Source: an uncultured Desulfobacterales bacterium
Lineage (GTDB): Bacteria; Desulfobacterota; Dissulfuribacteria; Dissulfuribacterales; QOAL01
Direction of reading: 5' to 3'
DNA: 64,000 nt
NCBI GenBank assembly: GCA_964638145.1
Contig: CAZXAK010000007.1
Coordinates: 151,757 to 215,756 of the forward strand
Shown: in pieces, positions 46,139-55,928 of the stretch
Position numbering within the stretch: the stretch's first letter is position 1
How the letters are laid out: each line of letters opens with the position of its first letter
Translations under genes and position numbers: made by a program
Notes under the pieces: generated by a model
Told to the model about the DNA's origin: nothing
What the model saw: the letters and a program-made list of their open reading frames with translations, nothing else
Database searches by the model: none

Positions 46139-47161
46139 ATGAGTGATCAATCAGATTCCATCCAGTTTCCCCCATCTGATCTTATTCCCGAACAGGTTGC
46201 AGATGACCGGCCTGTGGAGCCTGGGCTTCGCCCCCTCTCCCTTGACCAGTATGTGGGACAGACCGAGGTAAGGGAGCACCTGAGACTCTTCATCACTGCC
46301 GCACGGAACCGTGGTTCTGTCCTTGATCATGTGCTGCTACACGGCCATCCTGGTCTTGGTAAGACCACACTTGCCCATATTATTTCCGCTGAACTTGGTA
46401 CAGGGATACGCTGCACCTCAGGACCGGTAATAGAGCGTCCAGGGGACCTGGCTGCCATCCTTACCAATCTGCAGCACGGTGAGGTGCTCTTTATAGATGA
46501 GATACACAGGCTCAGTCCGGTTGTAGAGGAGATTCTCTACCCTGCCATGGAGGATTTCAAGCTTGATCTGATAATCGGTCAGGGGCCAAGTGCACGGACC
46601 ATAAAGATAGATATCCCCCCATTTACCATGGTGGGGGCAACCACACGGGCCGGTTTGCTCTCTCCACCGCTCAGGGACAGGTTCGGGGTGGTGCTCCGTG
46701 TGGAGTTCTATGAAGACCGGCATCTTCAGAAGATAGTTGAGAGGTCAGCAAGTATCATGGGTATTGCAATAGACAGTGGCGGAGCCATGGAGATTGCCAG
46801 GCGTTCTCGAGGTACCCCGAGGATTGCAAACCGTCTGTTGCGCCGGGTAAGGGATTTTGCAGAGGTCAGGGCAGACGGGCGTATAGACAGGGAGGTTGCC
46901 GATGCGGCTCTCAACCTGCTGCATGTTGACCGCGAGGGCCTGGACCGTATGGATCGTGAGATACTGTCCATGATTATAGACCGGTTTGGTGGCGGGCCTG
47001 TAGGGCTTGACACCCTTGCCACATCTATAGGGGAGGACAGGGGGACTATTGAAGATGTCTATGAGCCTTTTCTCGTGCTGAAGGGATATATCCACCGTAC
47101 CCCAAGGGGCAGGATGGCCACTGATCTGGCTTATGCCCATCTTGGAAGGAAGAGAAAGTAG
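46139..47161 (+). CDS. ruvB: Holliday junction DNA helicase RuvB
   Basis: [12 protein letters not shown]..., Walker [20 protein letters not shown] and [18 protein letters not shown]. Confidence 0.97.
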   Translation: MSDQSDSIQFPPSDLIPEQVADDRPVEPGLRPLSLDQYVGQTEVREHLRLFITAARNRGSVLDHVLLHGHPGLGKTTLAHIISAELGTGIRCTSGPVIERPGDLAAILTNLQHGEVLFIDEIHRLSPVVEEILYPAMEDFKLDLIIGQGPSARTIKIDIPPFTMVGATTRAGLLSPPLRDRFGVVLRVEFYEDRHLQKIVERSASIMGIAIDSGGAMEIARRSRGTPRIANRLLRRVRDFAEVRADGRIDREVADAALNLLHVDREGLDRMDREILSMIIDRFGGGPVGLDTLATSIGEDRGTIEDVYEPFLVLKGYIHRTPRGRMATDLAYAHLGRKRK

Positions 47162-47189
47162 GGCCTTTGAGCTTATTGTTCATCATCCA

Positions 47190-48482
47190 TCAGATTTGGC
47201 ACTGTGCCATGCCCGGGAAGATGAACATGAGCAGGATGGTTATGGCAAACGCCACGAGGAACCAGCTTACCCCCCTGAAGACCGTGGTAAGGGGGATGTC
47301 TCCTGCAACGCCAGCGACTATGTAGGTGTTTATGCCTACAGGTGGCGTTATGGCACCCATGGTGGTGATGATAGTGATCAGGACAGCGAACCACAGCGGG
47401 TCATAGCCAAGACGCTGGGCAACAGGGAAGAATATGGGGATGGTAATCATTAGAAGGCCCAGCGCGTCCATTATTGCCCCTCCTATCACATATATTGCAA
47501 GCATAACGGTCAGTATGGCCCATGGAGGTACTGGCAGGGCGGCTGCCCAGTCTGCAGCCTGAAAAGGAAGGCGGGTGACTGTGAGAAATTTCCCGAATAT
47601 CACTGCCCCGGCAACTATCATGAGTATCATGGAGGAAGTCTTGACACTGTCCATAAGGGCTGCTACCAGCCTCTTCCAAGTGAGGTTCCTTCCTGCGATG
47701 GCAATGATCAGTGAGAAAAATGCACCTGCCGCGCCGGCCTCTGTGGGGGTGAACCAGCCTGCATATAGCCCTGACATTACCAGGATGAACAGCACTGCCA
47801 TCTCAATGGAACCGGGAAGGCTTGCAAATTTTTCCTGCAGGCTGGTCCTCTGGCTTGGTGGTCCTGCCTGTGGGTCAATACGGCATATCATGCCAATTAC
47901 GCAGAGAAATGATGCTGTAAGCACTATGCCAGGTATCATGGATGCAAAGAAGAGTTTTGCAATGGAGAGTCCGGTGGACAGGCCAATGATTATCAGTACC
48001 ACACTTGGGGGGATAACCACTCCAAGGGTGGCACCTGCTGCCACTGAACCTGTACTGAGCGCATCCTGGTAACCCAGCTTTTTCATCTCTGGCAGTGCTA
48101 CTGAACTCATGGTAGCTGCAGTGGCGGCATTTGAGCCGCATATGGCAGCAAAGCCGGCACAGGCCAGTACCGTTGCCATGGCTACTCCCCCTCGGATGTG
48201 GCCGGTCCATGTCCAGGCAGTGTGATAGAGTTTCCTGCTCACCCCGGTGTGGAAACAGATATTGCCCATCAATATGAACAGCGGTATTACTGCAAGCCCA
48301 TAGCTTGAAAAGGTATGCCACAGGGATGATGCCATGGTGCCAAGCGCTGCTGTTGGATTTACCACATGAGCAAATCCTATGAAGCCGGTAAGGGCCATGG
48401 CAAATCCCACTGGGATACGCAGGAAAAATATGATAAATATCAGCAGAAAGATGCCGGCAATGCCGGTAGTTACAGGGTCCAT
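47190..48482 (-). CDS. TRAP transporter large permease (DctM family)
   Basis: 430 aa, polytopic. It is in gene order with the DctQ and DctP homologues. Confidence 0.9.
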   Translation of the reverse strand: MDPVTTGIAGIFLLIFIIFFLRIPVGFAMALTGFIGFAHVVNPTAALGTMASSLWHTFSSYGLAVIPLFILMGNICFHTGVSRKLYHTAWTWTGHIRGGVAMATVLACAGFAAICGSNAATAATMSSVALPEMKKLGYQDALSTGSVAAGATLGVVIPPSVVLIIIGLSTGLSIAKLFFASMIPGIVLTASFLCVIGMICRIDPQAGPPSQRTSLQEKFASLPGSIEMAVLFILVMSGLYAGWFTPTEAGAAGAFFSLIIAIAGRNLTWKRLVAALMDSVKTSSMILMIVAGAVIFGKFLTVTRLPFQAADWAAALPVPPWAILTVMLAIYVIGGAIMDALGLLMITIPIFFPVAQRLGYDPLWFAVLITIITTMGAITPPVGINTYIVAGVAGDIPLTTVFRGVSWFLVAFAITILLMFIFPGMAQCQI

Positions 48483-48529
48483 TTGGTGAGTGGTTTTCTA
48501 TCGGGATAGTGTGCGGACAATGTATGCCT

Positions 48530-49045
48530 TTAAGGTTCAGGGCTGTCTGCGATCCAACCGGCAACGGTCTTTGTTGCCTCCACCACAAGTCTCATGGCAA
48601 GAGAGGCAAATCCTGTGGCAACTACCCATATCACCGGATAGAACGGTATTCTCAGGGTCTCCGATACCTCTCCGGTCTTGAGCTGGGTGAGACCGGTCTG
48701 GAACAGCCTCCATGCAGCAGCAGAGAAGAGCAGCGCGCACATGATGCTGCCCGTTGTGCTGAGAAATTTTCTGAGGCCCTGTGGAAAACATCGGAACAGG
48801 ATGTTAACAGCAATGTGGCTCTTCTCTGCCTGTGCCATTGAAAGCCCAAGGGCTGCGGTGATGGCGCAGCCCATTCCCATGAGTTCAAAGGAACCAGTGA
48901 TGGGAAACCCGACGGGGCGCAGGGCCATGTTTGCAACGGCTATAAGCATGGTGGCAAACAGGACAGCGCAGCCTGCACGTATGAACCACAGGTCGAGCCA
49001 TGTTGAGAATGTCTCCAAGTGATCAGCTAATTCATTGACCTTCAT
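48530..49045 (-). CDS. TRAP transporter small permease (DctQ family)
   Basis: 171 aa with four hydrophobic helices, between the DctP and DctM homologues. Confidence 0.8.
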   Translation of the reverse strand: MKVNELADHLETFSTWLDLWFIRAGCAVLFATMLIAVANMALRPVGFPITGSFELMGMGCAITAALGLSMAQAEKSHIAVNILFRCFPQGLRKFLSTTGSIMCALLFSAAAWRLFQTGLTQLKTGEVSETLRIPFYPVIWVVATGFASLAMRLVVEATKTVAGWIADSPEP

Positions 49046-49115
49046 TGCAGTGTTTGTCCTGTGAAAAGTCTCTGTCCGGTGTGATCAACATCTCTGAGCA
49101 TGACGCCGCGTGGTT

Positions 49116-50234
49116 TTAATATCCGTATTCCTTCTCGTATTTTGCCTTCAGCGTCATGAGATCCCTTAGAAATGCCTCTGCAGGCAGCCCCCTGCCATTT
49201 GCCTTTTTCTCCCACTCTCCTGTGAGAGGACTCACCTTTTGGTGCCACAGCGCATACTCCTTTTCAGGGAGGTTTATGACTTTTATGTCATATTTTTTCT
49301 TTGACCATGCAACCGACTCCTTTACATGGTTGTCTATGTATTTCCCTGTCCATATGGACTGTTCCCGCGAAAGGCCATCCAATACCTGTTTTACGTCTGC
49401 AGGTAGACTGTTCCATGTGTCCATGTTCATTATTACTCCAAAGGAGGTGGTCTGCATGTGACATATGGTTGCATAACGGCAGGTCTCTGCAAAGTTGAAG
49501 TCCTTTAATATGTCGAGTGAAGAGAATACACCGTTGACAATACCCTTCTGCAGGGCCTCAGGGGTCTCAGACTGGGGCATGGCCACCGGGGTGGCACCAA
49601 GGAGTTTGAGGGGCTTTACGCCTGCGCCTGTGCATCGCAGTTCATAACCTTTAAGGTCTGATAGCTTTCTTATGGGTTTTTTGGACATGATGTCTGCAGG
49701 AGGGGCAGTAAACAGGGCCAGTACCTTTACCTTGTGAAGGGACTCGGGTTTGTACTTCATGTACAGGTCAAACAGTACTGCATTTGCCACTGTGGCGTTT
49801 GAAAATCCCACAGGCAGGTCAACGGCCTCAAGCAGGGGAAAGCGGCCTGGCTGATATGCGAATACCATGCAGCCTATGTCTGCAATGCCGTCAATGACTC
49901 CATCCATCATATTTTTTGCCCCAAGGAGGGTAGAGCCTGGGAATGTCTTAACCTTTACCTTGCCCCCTGTACGTTTTTCCACCTCCTGTTTCCAGTGTTC
50001 CATCTGTACACATGGAAAGGTGGAGGCAGGGGGAAAGTTTGCATAGTTGAGCGTAATGGTGCCTGCCGGGCTGTCTTCAGGCATGATCAGTAATATAAGG
50101 GATAGGATCATGGCGAATGTCATTAGATGAACACAGATATGGACAGGTTTGCCACTGTCGTTCATGTGGCTGCAAGTATCGGGTTTTGATCCTCGGCAAC
50201 AGAAAAGTGTAGTGGGATGTTTGAAAAGATTCAT
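49116..50234 (-). CDS. TRAP transporter substrate-binding protein (DctP family)
   Basis: The periplasmic binding-protein pattern continues to the C-terminus, in the order P-Q-M. The start is chosen at ATG 50234, behind GGAGGAG. The N-terminal region before the hydrophobic signal segment is unusually long. Confidence 0.8.
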   Translation of the reverse strand: MNLFKHPTTLFCCRGSKPDTCSHMNDSGKPVHICVHLMTFAMILSLILLIMPEDSPAGTITLNYANFPPASTFPCVQMEHWKQEVEKRTGGKVKVKTFPGSTLLGAKNMMDGVIDGIADIGCMVFAYQPGRFPLLEAVDLPVGFSNATVANAVLFDLYMKYKPESLHKVKVLALFTAPPADIMSKKPIRKLSDLKGYELRCTGAGVKPLKLLGATPVAMPQSETPEALQKGIVNGVFSSLDILKDFNFAETCRYATICHMQTTSFGVIMNMDTWNSLPADVKQVLDGLSREQSIWTGKYIDNHVKESVAWSKKKYDIKVINLPEKEYALWHQKVSPLTGEWEKKANGRGLPAEAFLRDLMTLKAKYEKEYGY

Positions 50235-50312
50235 GTTTTCTCCTCCGGTTTCTCGCCTGTACATGATCCCTGATCCATGTCCTGAAGACAGGACAGGGCC
50301 GCGGATACGGGC

Positions 50313-51662
50313 CTAACGTTTGTCGTATATCCTTCTTGATTTTCTCTCTGATCTTGGGAGCATGCCGTAATCGGTTATGGTGACATCAGGTGAGACTATG
50401 AGCCTGCTCCTGATCGTGTTTCGTATCAGGGTTTCTATCTCCTGATCCTGTGCAGGGTCACAGTCAGGTTCACGCTCTATCCTGATCAGCATGGTGTCCC
50501 GGCCTTCAGTATGTCTGAGTGTGATGTCAAATTCACTGGAAATCGGGTAATTCTGTGCAATTTCAGACAGGATTTCGTCGATCTGGCCCGGGTAGATGTT
50601 GACCCCCTTGAAGATTATCATGTCGTCACTTCTTCCCAGGATACGGTCGTGACGCGGGTAGGGTGAGCCGCATTTGCACGGGCCGTTTATGAATCTTGTG
50701 AGGTCTCTCGTGCGGTACCTGATAAGGGGAGATGCCTCCTTGCGCAAGGTGGTGACTACTATTTCACCTATTTCCCCCTCTCTGACCGGCTCAAGTGTAT
50801 CAGGATCTAGGAATTCGAAGATGAAGTAGTCACTCCAGTAGTGTATGCCCTGATGGAGGTGACAGTCTATGCCTGTGCCAGGTCCATAGAGTTCAGTCAT
50901 GCCGGTGATGTCGTAGAGTTGCCGGGCCCCGGAGTTTTCCAGAATGGCCCTGCGCATGGCATCACTGCATCTTTCCGAACCCTGTATGATGGTCTTTAGA
51001 TTGATCTTGTCGCGGATGCCTCGTTTTTTGATCTCTTCGGACATCAGGAGCGCCATGCTCGCTGTGCAGCAGAGCACGTCTACCTGCAGGTCGATCAGAA
51101 ACTGGCACTGCATGTCGATGTTGCCCGGTCCAATAGGCACAGCCATGGCGCCTGCAGTCTCGCAGGCAGTTTGAAAACCCGCACCTGCTGTCCACATACC
51201 ATATCCCACTGCTATCTGAACCCGGTTTCCAGGCCCTACCCCTGCCATTTCATAGCAACGTGCAAAGAATTGGGTCCAGTCGTCTATATCCTTTGCCGTA
51301 TATGCAAGTATCTTTCGCTTGCCTGTGGTGCCTGATGAAGAGTGTATGCGTACGACCTTGTGGTGCGGTACGCTCAGAAGTGGGAAGGGATAACCTGTCC
51401 TGAGATCGTCTGCCGTCGTAAACGGGAGGCGGTCTATATCCCTGAGGGTTTTGATGTCTGATGGTTTTACTCCGTGAGCGTCAAATTTTTCCCTGTAGAA
51501 CTGGTTGTTGTTATAGGCGTGATTGACTGTCCACTTGAGTCCTTCGGTTTGGAGCCTTTTTAATTGGGTATTGTCCATGCTGGGGCTGTCTGTCTGAATC
51601 TCTTCCATGTCTTCCTGCGCGTGGGTTTCATGGGAAACCGGTCCGTCCTTTTCCTTGTTCAT
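50313..51662 (-). CDS. Phenylacetate--CoA ligase family adenylate-forming enzyme (PaaK/F390 synthetase-like)
   Basis: AMP-binding motif SSGTTGKRK. The PaaK-like N-terminus is YNNNQFYREKFDAHGVKPSDIKTLRDIDRLPFTTADDLR. The start is taken at ATG 51662, behind GGAGA. Confidence 0.85.
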   Translation of the reverse strand: MNKEKDGPVSHETHAQEDMEEIQTDSPSMDNTQLKRLQTEGLKWTVNHAYNNNQFYREKFDAHGVKPSDIKTLRDIDRLPFTTADDLRTGYPFPLLSVPHHKVVRIHSSSGTTGKRKILAYTAKDIDDWTQFFARCYEMAGVGPGNRVQIAVGYGMWTAGAGFQTACETAGAMAVPIGPGNIDMQCQFLIDLQVDVLCCTASMALLMSEEIKKRGIRDKINLKTIIQGSERCSDAMRRAILENSGARQLYDITGMTELYGPGTGIDCHLHQGIHYWSDYFIFEFLDPDTLEPVREGEIGEIVVTTLRKEASPLIRYRTRDLTRFINGPCKCGSPYPRHDRILGRSDDMIIFKGVNIYPGQIDEILSEIAQNYPISSEFDITLRHTEGRDTMLIRIEREPDCDPAQDQEIETLIRNTIRSRLIVSPDVTITDYGMLPRSERKSRRIYDKR

Positions 51663-52052
51663 GGTGTCTCCGGTAAACCAGGCAGCTTCAGGATTCGGTT
51701 TACACACTCAGGGGAGCGGATTCCGCCTTGCCTTGAGGCATGCTGCAGGACATCTATATGGCACATGATGCTAATTGTTTTCAAGGCGTATCAGTTGCAA
51801 ATACTCAGTGAGAAAAAGCACCGCTCGCCTCTATCAAATGCTTATGTATTTCAGGTGCCCTGTAGTATGGTTTTGCACATGAGCAAAAAAGCTTTTTGTG
51901 TAAATTGAAACGCTGAACCTGTGAATATATTAGTAATGTGGCAATATGGTGGTTTATACGGTAGATTGCCTTGTGGGTCAAGGTGGCTGGTCTATATGGC
52001 TTTGATGCATAAATGTACGGGCTTCCACCTTAGATAAGATAGAGATAATTTT

Positions 52053-52209
52053 GTATCTGTTCACAGGGCTACCACAGCTACTGCCCGGAGTTTTCGTTTG
52101 CCTGGAGGCATTTTAAGTACAGGAGTACACCTTTGTACCCTCCGCCTTGTATCTGTAGCACCCTGTAATGCAGATACATTTCAGACAGTTGTACGATAAT
52201 ACCCGTAAA
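52053..52209 (+). repeat. 157-bp interspersed structured repeat, copy B
   Basis: See copy A at 27899-28055. It has the same orientation and lies 85 nt upstream of ATG 52295. Confidence 0.7.
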
Positions 52210-52294
52210 CCTTGCGAGGAATTGCGACTACTATACATGTTGCAGGAGAAATGTCGTGGCAGCAAGTGGATAACGCCGCTGATGACTATTTTGC

Positions 52295-53845
52295 ATGATG
52301 ACTTCCAAGAAGACACATAACAGGCTTGTTCTCACCCGCATCGCCATTGATACCTACAGGGAAAATGTGGCTTATCTCAACTGCAAGTGTGAGATCTACC
52401 GGGCTGAGGGCTTTCAGTCCATGTCCAAGATCGAGATAAGCACCAATGGCCGCAGTATCCTTGCCGTGCTTGTAATAGTACGGGACAGCAGGATACTTGC
52501 CCCTGGTGAGCTTGGTCTTTCCGAGCAGGCGTTTCGTCAGCTTGGCGCAGAGGAGGGGGCCCTTGTACGGATCAGGCATGCACCTCCGCCTGTCTCCATT
52601 GAGGCAGTGCGCAGAAAGATACTTGGCGAGCGGTTGAGCGCAGAAGATTTCCATGCCATCACTGACGATATAGTCAGGAACCGCTACTCCAAGATGGAGA
52701 TGGCTGCCTTTCTGGTGGCATCGAGTGTCACTGGCCTGGATCGTGATGAGGTGCTCTGCTATACCAGGGCAATGGCTGATACAGGGGACAGGCTCAACTG
52801 GAAGGAACCCCTTGTGGCTGACAAACACTGTATCGGTGGCATACCAGGAAATCGTACCACCATGTTGGTTGTGCCCATAGTGGCGGCCCATGGCATGCTT
52901 ATCCCAAAGACTTCCAGCAGGGCCATCACCTCACCTGCAGGAACGGCTGATACCATGGAGGTGCTGGCAGAGGTTTCGCTCTCTCCGAGGAGGCTTCACT
53001 CCATAGTGCAGAAGCACAGGGGCTGTCTCGCCTGGGGCGGTACTGCCCGACTGGCGCCTGTTGATGACATACTTATCACCGTGGAGAGGCCACTTGGCAT
53101 AGATGTCATGGGGCAGATGGTTGCCTCCATCCTGTCCAAGAAACTGGCCGCAGGCTCTACCCACCTCCTGGTTGATATCCCTGTAGGTCCAACAGCCAAG
53201 GTGAGGCAGATGAACAAGGCAACACAGCTCAGAAAGCTGTTTGAGTTTGTTGGCGACCGGCTTGGGATACATATCGAGGTAATCATTACAGACGGCAGGC
53301 AGCCTGTGGGACGGGGAGTGGGGCCTGTCCTTGAGGCAAGGGACGTGATGCAGGTGCTTGAAAACGACCCGGATGCCCCGTCAGATCTCAGGCAGAAGGC
53401 CCTTCGTCTGGCTGGCCGTGTCCTTGAGTTTGATCCTGATATCAGGGGCGGACATGGGTTTGCCATTGCTCGGGATATACTTGATTCCGGCAGGGCACTT
53501 GCCAGCATGAAGGCCATTATAGAGGCGCAGGGGCGCAAGAAAAAGATTCCAAGACCTGGAAGACTGACATATGATGTCCTGGCCCCCAAATCAGGTACTG
53601 TGGTGGAGATAAACAACCTGCAGATCAACCGTATAGCCCGTCTGGCTGGTGCCCCGCTTGACAAGGGGGCAGGTATTGACCTGTTCCGGAAGCTGGGTGA
53701 CAGGGTGGAAAAGGGTGAGGTACTGTACCGGATTCATGCGGATTTCGTGTCAGATTTCGAGTTTGCCAGGGAACTCGCCGACCGTGACTCAGGTTACAGG
53801 GTTGGAAGTGCGTCAGAGATGCCCATGAGTCTTCTGGAGTTCTGA
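52295..53845 (+). CDS. Thymidine phosphorylase-family protein with N-terminal extension (AMP-phosphorylase-like subgroup)
   Basis: 516 aa with an extra roughly 80-aa N-domain. Motifs include [15 protein letters not shown] and [15 protein letters not shown]. Confidence 0.8.
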   Translation: MMTSKKTHNRLVLTRIAIDTYRENVAYLNCKCEIYRAEGFQSMSKIEISTNGRSILAVLVIVRDSRILAPGELGLSEQAFRQLGAEEGALVRIRHAPPPVSIEAVRRKILGERLSAEDFHAITDDIVRNRYSKMEMAAFLVASSVTGLDRDEVLCYTRAMADTGDRLNWKEPLVADKHCIGGIPGNRTTMLVVPIVAAHGMLIPKTSSRAITSPAGTADTMEVLAEVSLSPRRLHSIVQKHRGCLAWGGTARLAPVDDILITVERPLGIDVMGQMVASILSKKLAAGSTHLLVDIPVGPTAKVRQMNKATQLRKLFEFVGDRLGIHIEVIITDGRQPVGRGVGPVLEARDVMQVLENDPDAPSDLRQKALRLAGRVLEFDPDIRGGHGFAIARDILDSGRALASMKAIIEAQGRKKKIPRPGRLTYDVLAPKSGTVVEINNLQINRIARLAGAPLDKGAGIDLFRKLGDRVEKGEVLYRIHADFVSDFEFARELADRDSGYRVGSASEMPMSLLEF

Positions 53846-53861
53846 GACCTTCTCGTTACAA

Positions 53862-54755
53862 ATGGAAATAACCACACTCATATACTTTCCCGATTTTGAA
53901 GAGCCTGCCGTCAGGCTTGCAGAGGCACTTGGATGCGTGGCTGTAAGGATGGGCCTTCACCATTTTCCGGATGGTGAGAGCCTTGTGCGTCTTCCTGCCA
54001 GGCTCAATGGTGATGTGATTATCTATGTGAGCCTTGATCACCCTGACTCCAAGCTGGTGCCCCTCGGGTTTGCTGCTGCCACGGCAAGAGACCTTGGTGC
54101 CAGCACTGTGAATCTCGTGGCACCTTATCTCTGCTACATGCGTCAGGACATGGCGTTTAATCCAGGTGAGGCAGTGAGCCAGCGTATAGTAGGCCATTGG
54201 CTTGATCAGTGGTTTGACACGGTTTTTACTGTGGATGCCCATCTGCACAGGGTCCATTCCATAAGGGATGTAGTGCCATGCGGGGTGAATATATCGGCTG
54301 CCCCGCTCATGGCAGAGTTTTTGAGGCAGCGGGGCGGACAGCCCATACTGCTGGGGCCGGATGAGGAGTCGCTTCAGTGGGTGCAGGAGATAGGAACGCT
54401 GGCAGGGCTTGATTTTGGTGTGGCCACAAAGAAGCGTTACGGAGACCGTGATGTGGAGATTGCGCTTCCAGACATGGACTTTCGTGACAGGGAGGTCATT
54501 ATTGTTGATGATGTTCTCAGTAGCGGATTTACTGTTGCCGGAACGGCAACGCAGGTGGTTGACAGCGGGGCTTCACGGGTTCAGTGCATGGTGACCCATG
54601 CGCTATTTGCACCAGGGGCTGAGAAGCTGCTTGAAGATTCAGGGGTAGAGCGGGTCATAAGTACTGATACTATTATTCATCATTCTAATTCAATTTATAT
54701 GGCATCCGGGCTTGCGTTAGCTTTAAGAGAGCATGTCCCTGCATCCGGACAGTAA
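53862..54755 (+). CDS. Ribose-phosphate pyrophosphokinase-family / phosphoribosyltransferase protein
   Basis: 297 aa. The PRPP-binding loop is VIIVDDVLSSGFTVAGTA, and Prs-like APYLCYMRQD is also present. Confidence 0.75.
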   Translation: MEITTLIYFPDFEEPAVRLAEALGCVAVRMGLHHFPDGESLVRLPARLNGDVIIYVSLDHPDSKLVPLGFAAATARDLGASTVNLVAPYLCYMRQDMAFNPGEAVSQRIVGHWLDQWFDTVFTVDAHLHRVHSIRDVVPCGVNISAAPLMAEFLRQRGGQPILLGPDEESLQWVQEIGTLAGLDFGVATKKRYGDRDVEIALPDMDFRDREVIIVDDVLSSGFTVAGTATQVVDSGASRVQCMVTHALFAPGAEKLLEDSGVERVISTDTIIHHSNSIYMASGLALALREHVPASGQ

Positions 54756-54761
54756 TGTGCT

Positions 54762-55928
54762 ATGGGAATGAATATTGCTGTAATAAGACGTGAGTGTGGA
54801 TACAACTCAGGGGGGGCAGAACGGTACTGTGCAGGGGTGGTGCAGGGGCTTGTACGCAGGGGACACCGTGTTTCAGTTATAGCTGATACCATGGAGGGCG
54901 CTGTGCGTCAGTCGGCCGGTTCCAGGGTGAAGTTTTTAAGGGCTGCCATGTCTGGCAGGGGAAGTCTCATGAAGAATATGAGCTTTTTCATGTCGGTTCA
55001 GCAGGTGCTGGCTGAGCATCAATTTGATCTGATATACGGCCTTTCAAGGGTAATGTCCGTAGATGTACTACGTATTTCAGATCCTCTTCATGCGGCCTGG
55101 ATTGAACTCGGATACCGCAAGGGGCTGTTTTCCGTGTTAAGGCGGTTTTTACCAAGGCACAGTTCACTCCTATCCATTGAGAGAAAATCTATTTCCACTG
55201 CCCGCAGGGTACTTACCAACTCTCAAATGGTGGCAGAGCAGGTCAGGCACTACTATGGTCTCATGCCGGAGAGGATTGTGACGATTTATAACGGCTTTGA
55301 TCCGGACCGGTTTTTTCCAGTGGATAACAGAAGGAAACGCGAGATCAGGGCAGAGTTGGGATTGTCTGAAGATACTGATGTTATACTCTGGGCCGGTATG
55401 GATCCGAAGAGAAAGGGGCTGAGGCCGTTGATTCAGGCCCTCTGTACAGTTTCCAAGGCGCATAATTTTTGTCTGGTGATTGCAGGGATAGACTCTCTCG
55501 GCTCCCTGAGTGCTGATGCTGAAAAAGCAGGTATAACAGACCGGATATGCCTTCTGGGCTACACAATTGATATGGCCCCCCTCTATCAGGCATCTGACCT
55601 CTTTGTCCTGCCTACACGTTATGATCCTTTTGCGAATACATGTCTTGAGGCTGCTGCCTGCGGTGTACCTGTAGTAACCACCAAGTTTAACGGGGCCTCG
55701 GAAATTGTTTCAGGGCCTGCTCCATGGCTGGTGGTGGACAGGGCTGACGCCGCTTCGGTTGCCCGTGCACTTGAGCGTTTTTTTTCAATGACATACCGTG
55801 AACGTACCGAACTTGCCCTGGGTATGGCTGATGCTGCGCTCCCCCATACCTGGGAACATCATGTTGATATGCTGACAGAATTTTTTGCTTCTTTAACAGT
55901 CCTGGATGAAGAGGTGACGGATGCCTGA
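54762..55928 (+). CDS. GT-B glycosyltransferase (family 4, RfaG-like)
   Basis: GGAERYC sits at the N-terminus. The C-terminal motif is LFVLPTRYDPFANTCLEAAACGVPVVTT. Confidence 0.85.
   Translation: MGMNIAVIRRECGYNSGGAERYCAGVVQGLVRRGHRVSVIADTMEGAVRQSAGSRVKFLRAAMSGRGSLMKNMSFFMSVQQVLAEHQFDLIYGLSRVMSVDVLRISDPLHAAWIELGYRKGLFSVLRRFLPRHSSLLSIERKSISTARRVLTNSQMVAEQVRHYYGLMPERIVTIYNGFDPDRFFPVDNRRKREIRAELGLSEDTDVILWAGMDPKRKGLRPLIQALCTVSKAHNFCLVIAGIDSLGSLSADAEKAGITDRICLLGYTIDMAPLYQASDLFVLPTRYDPFANTCLEAAACGVPVVTTKFNGASEIVSGPAPWLVVDRADAASVARALERFFSMTYRERTELALGMADAALPHTWEHHVDMLTEFFASLTVLDEEVTDA

Noticed and set aside
51759-51772. TGGCACATGATGCT as a sigma-54 promoter.
   Set aside because: The GG-to-GC spacing is 10 nt, not 12, and the next plus-strand gene is more than 500 nt away.
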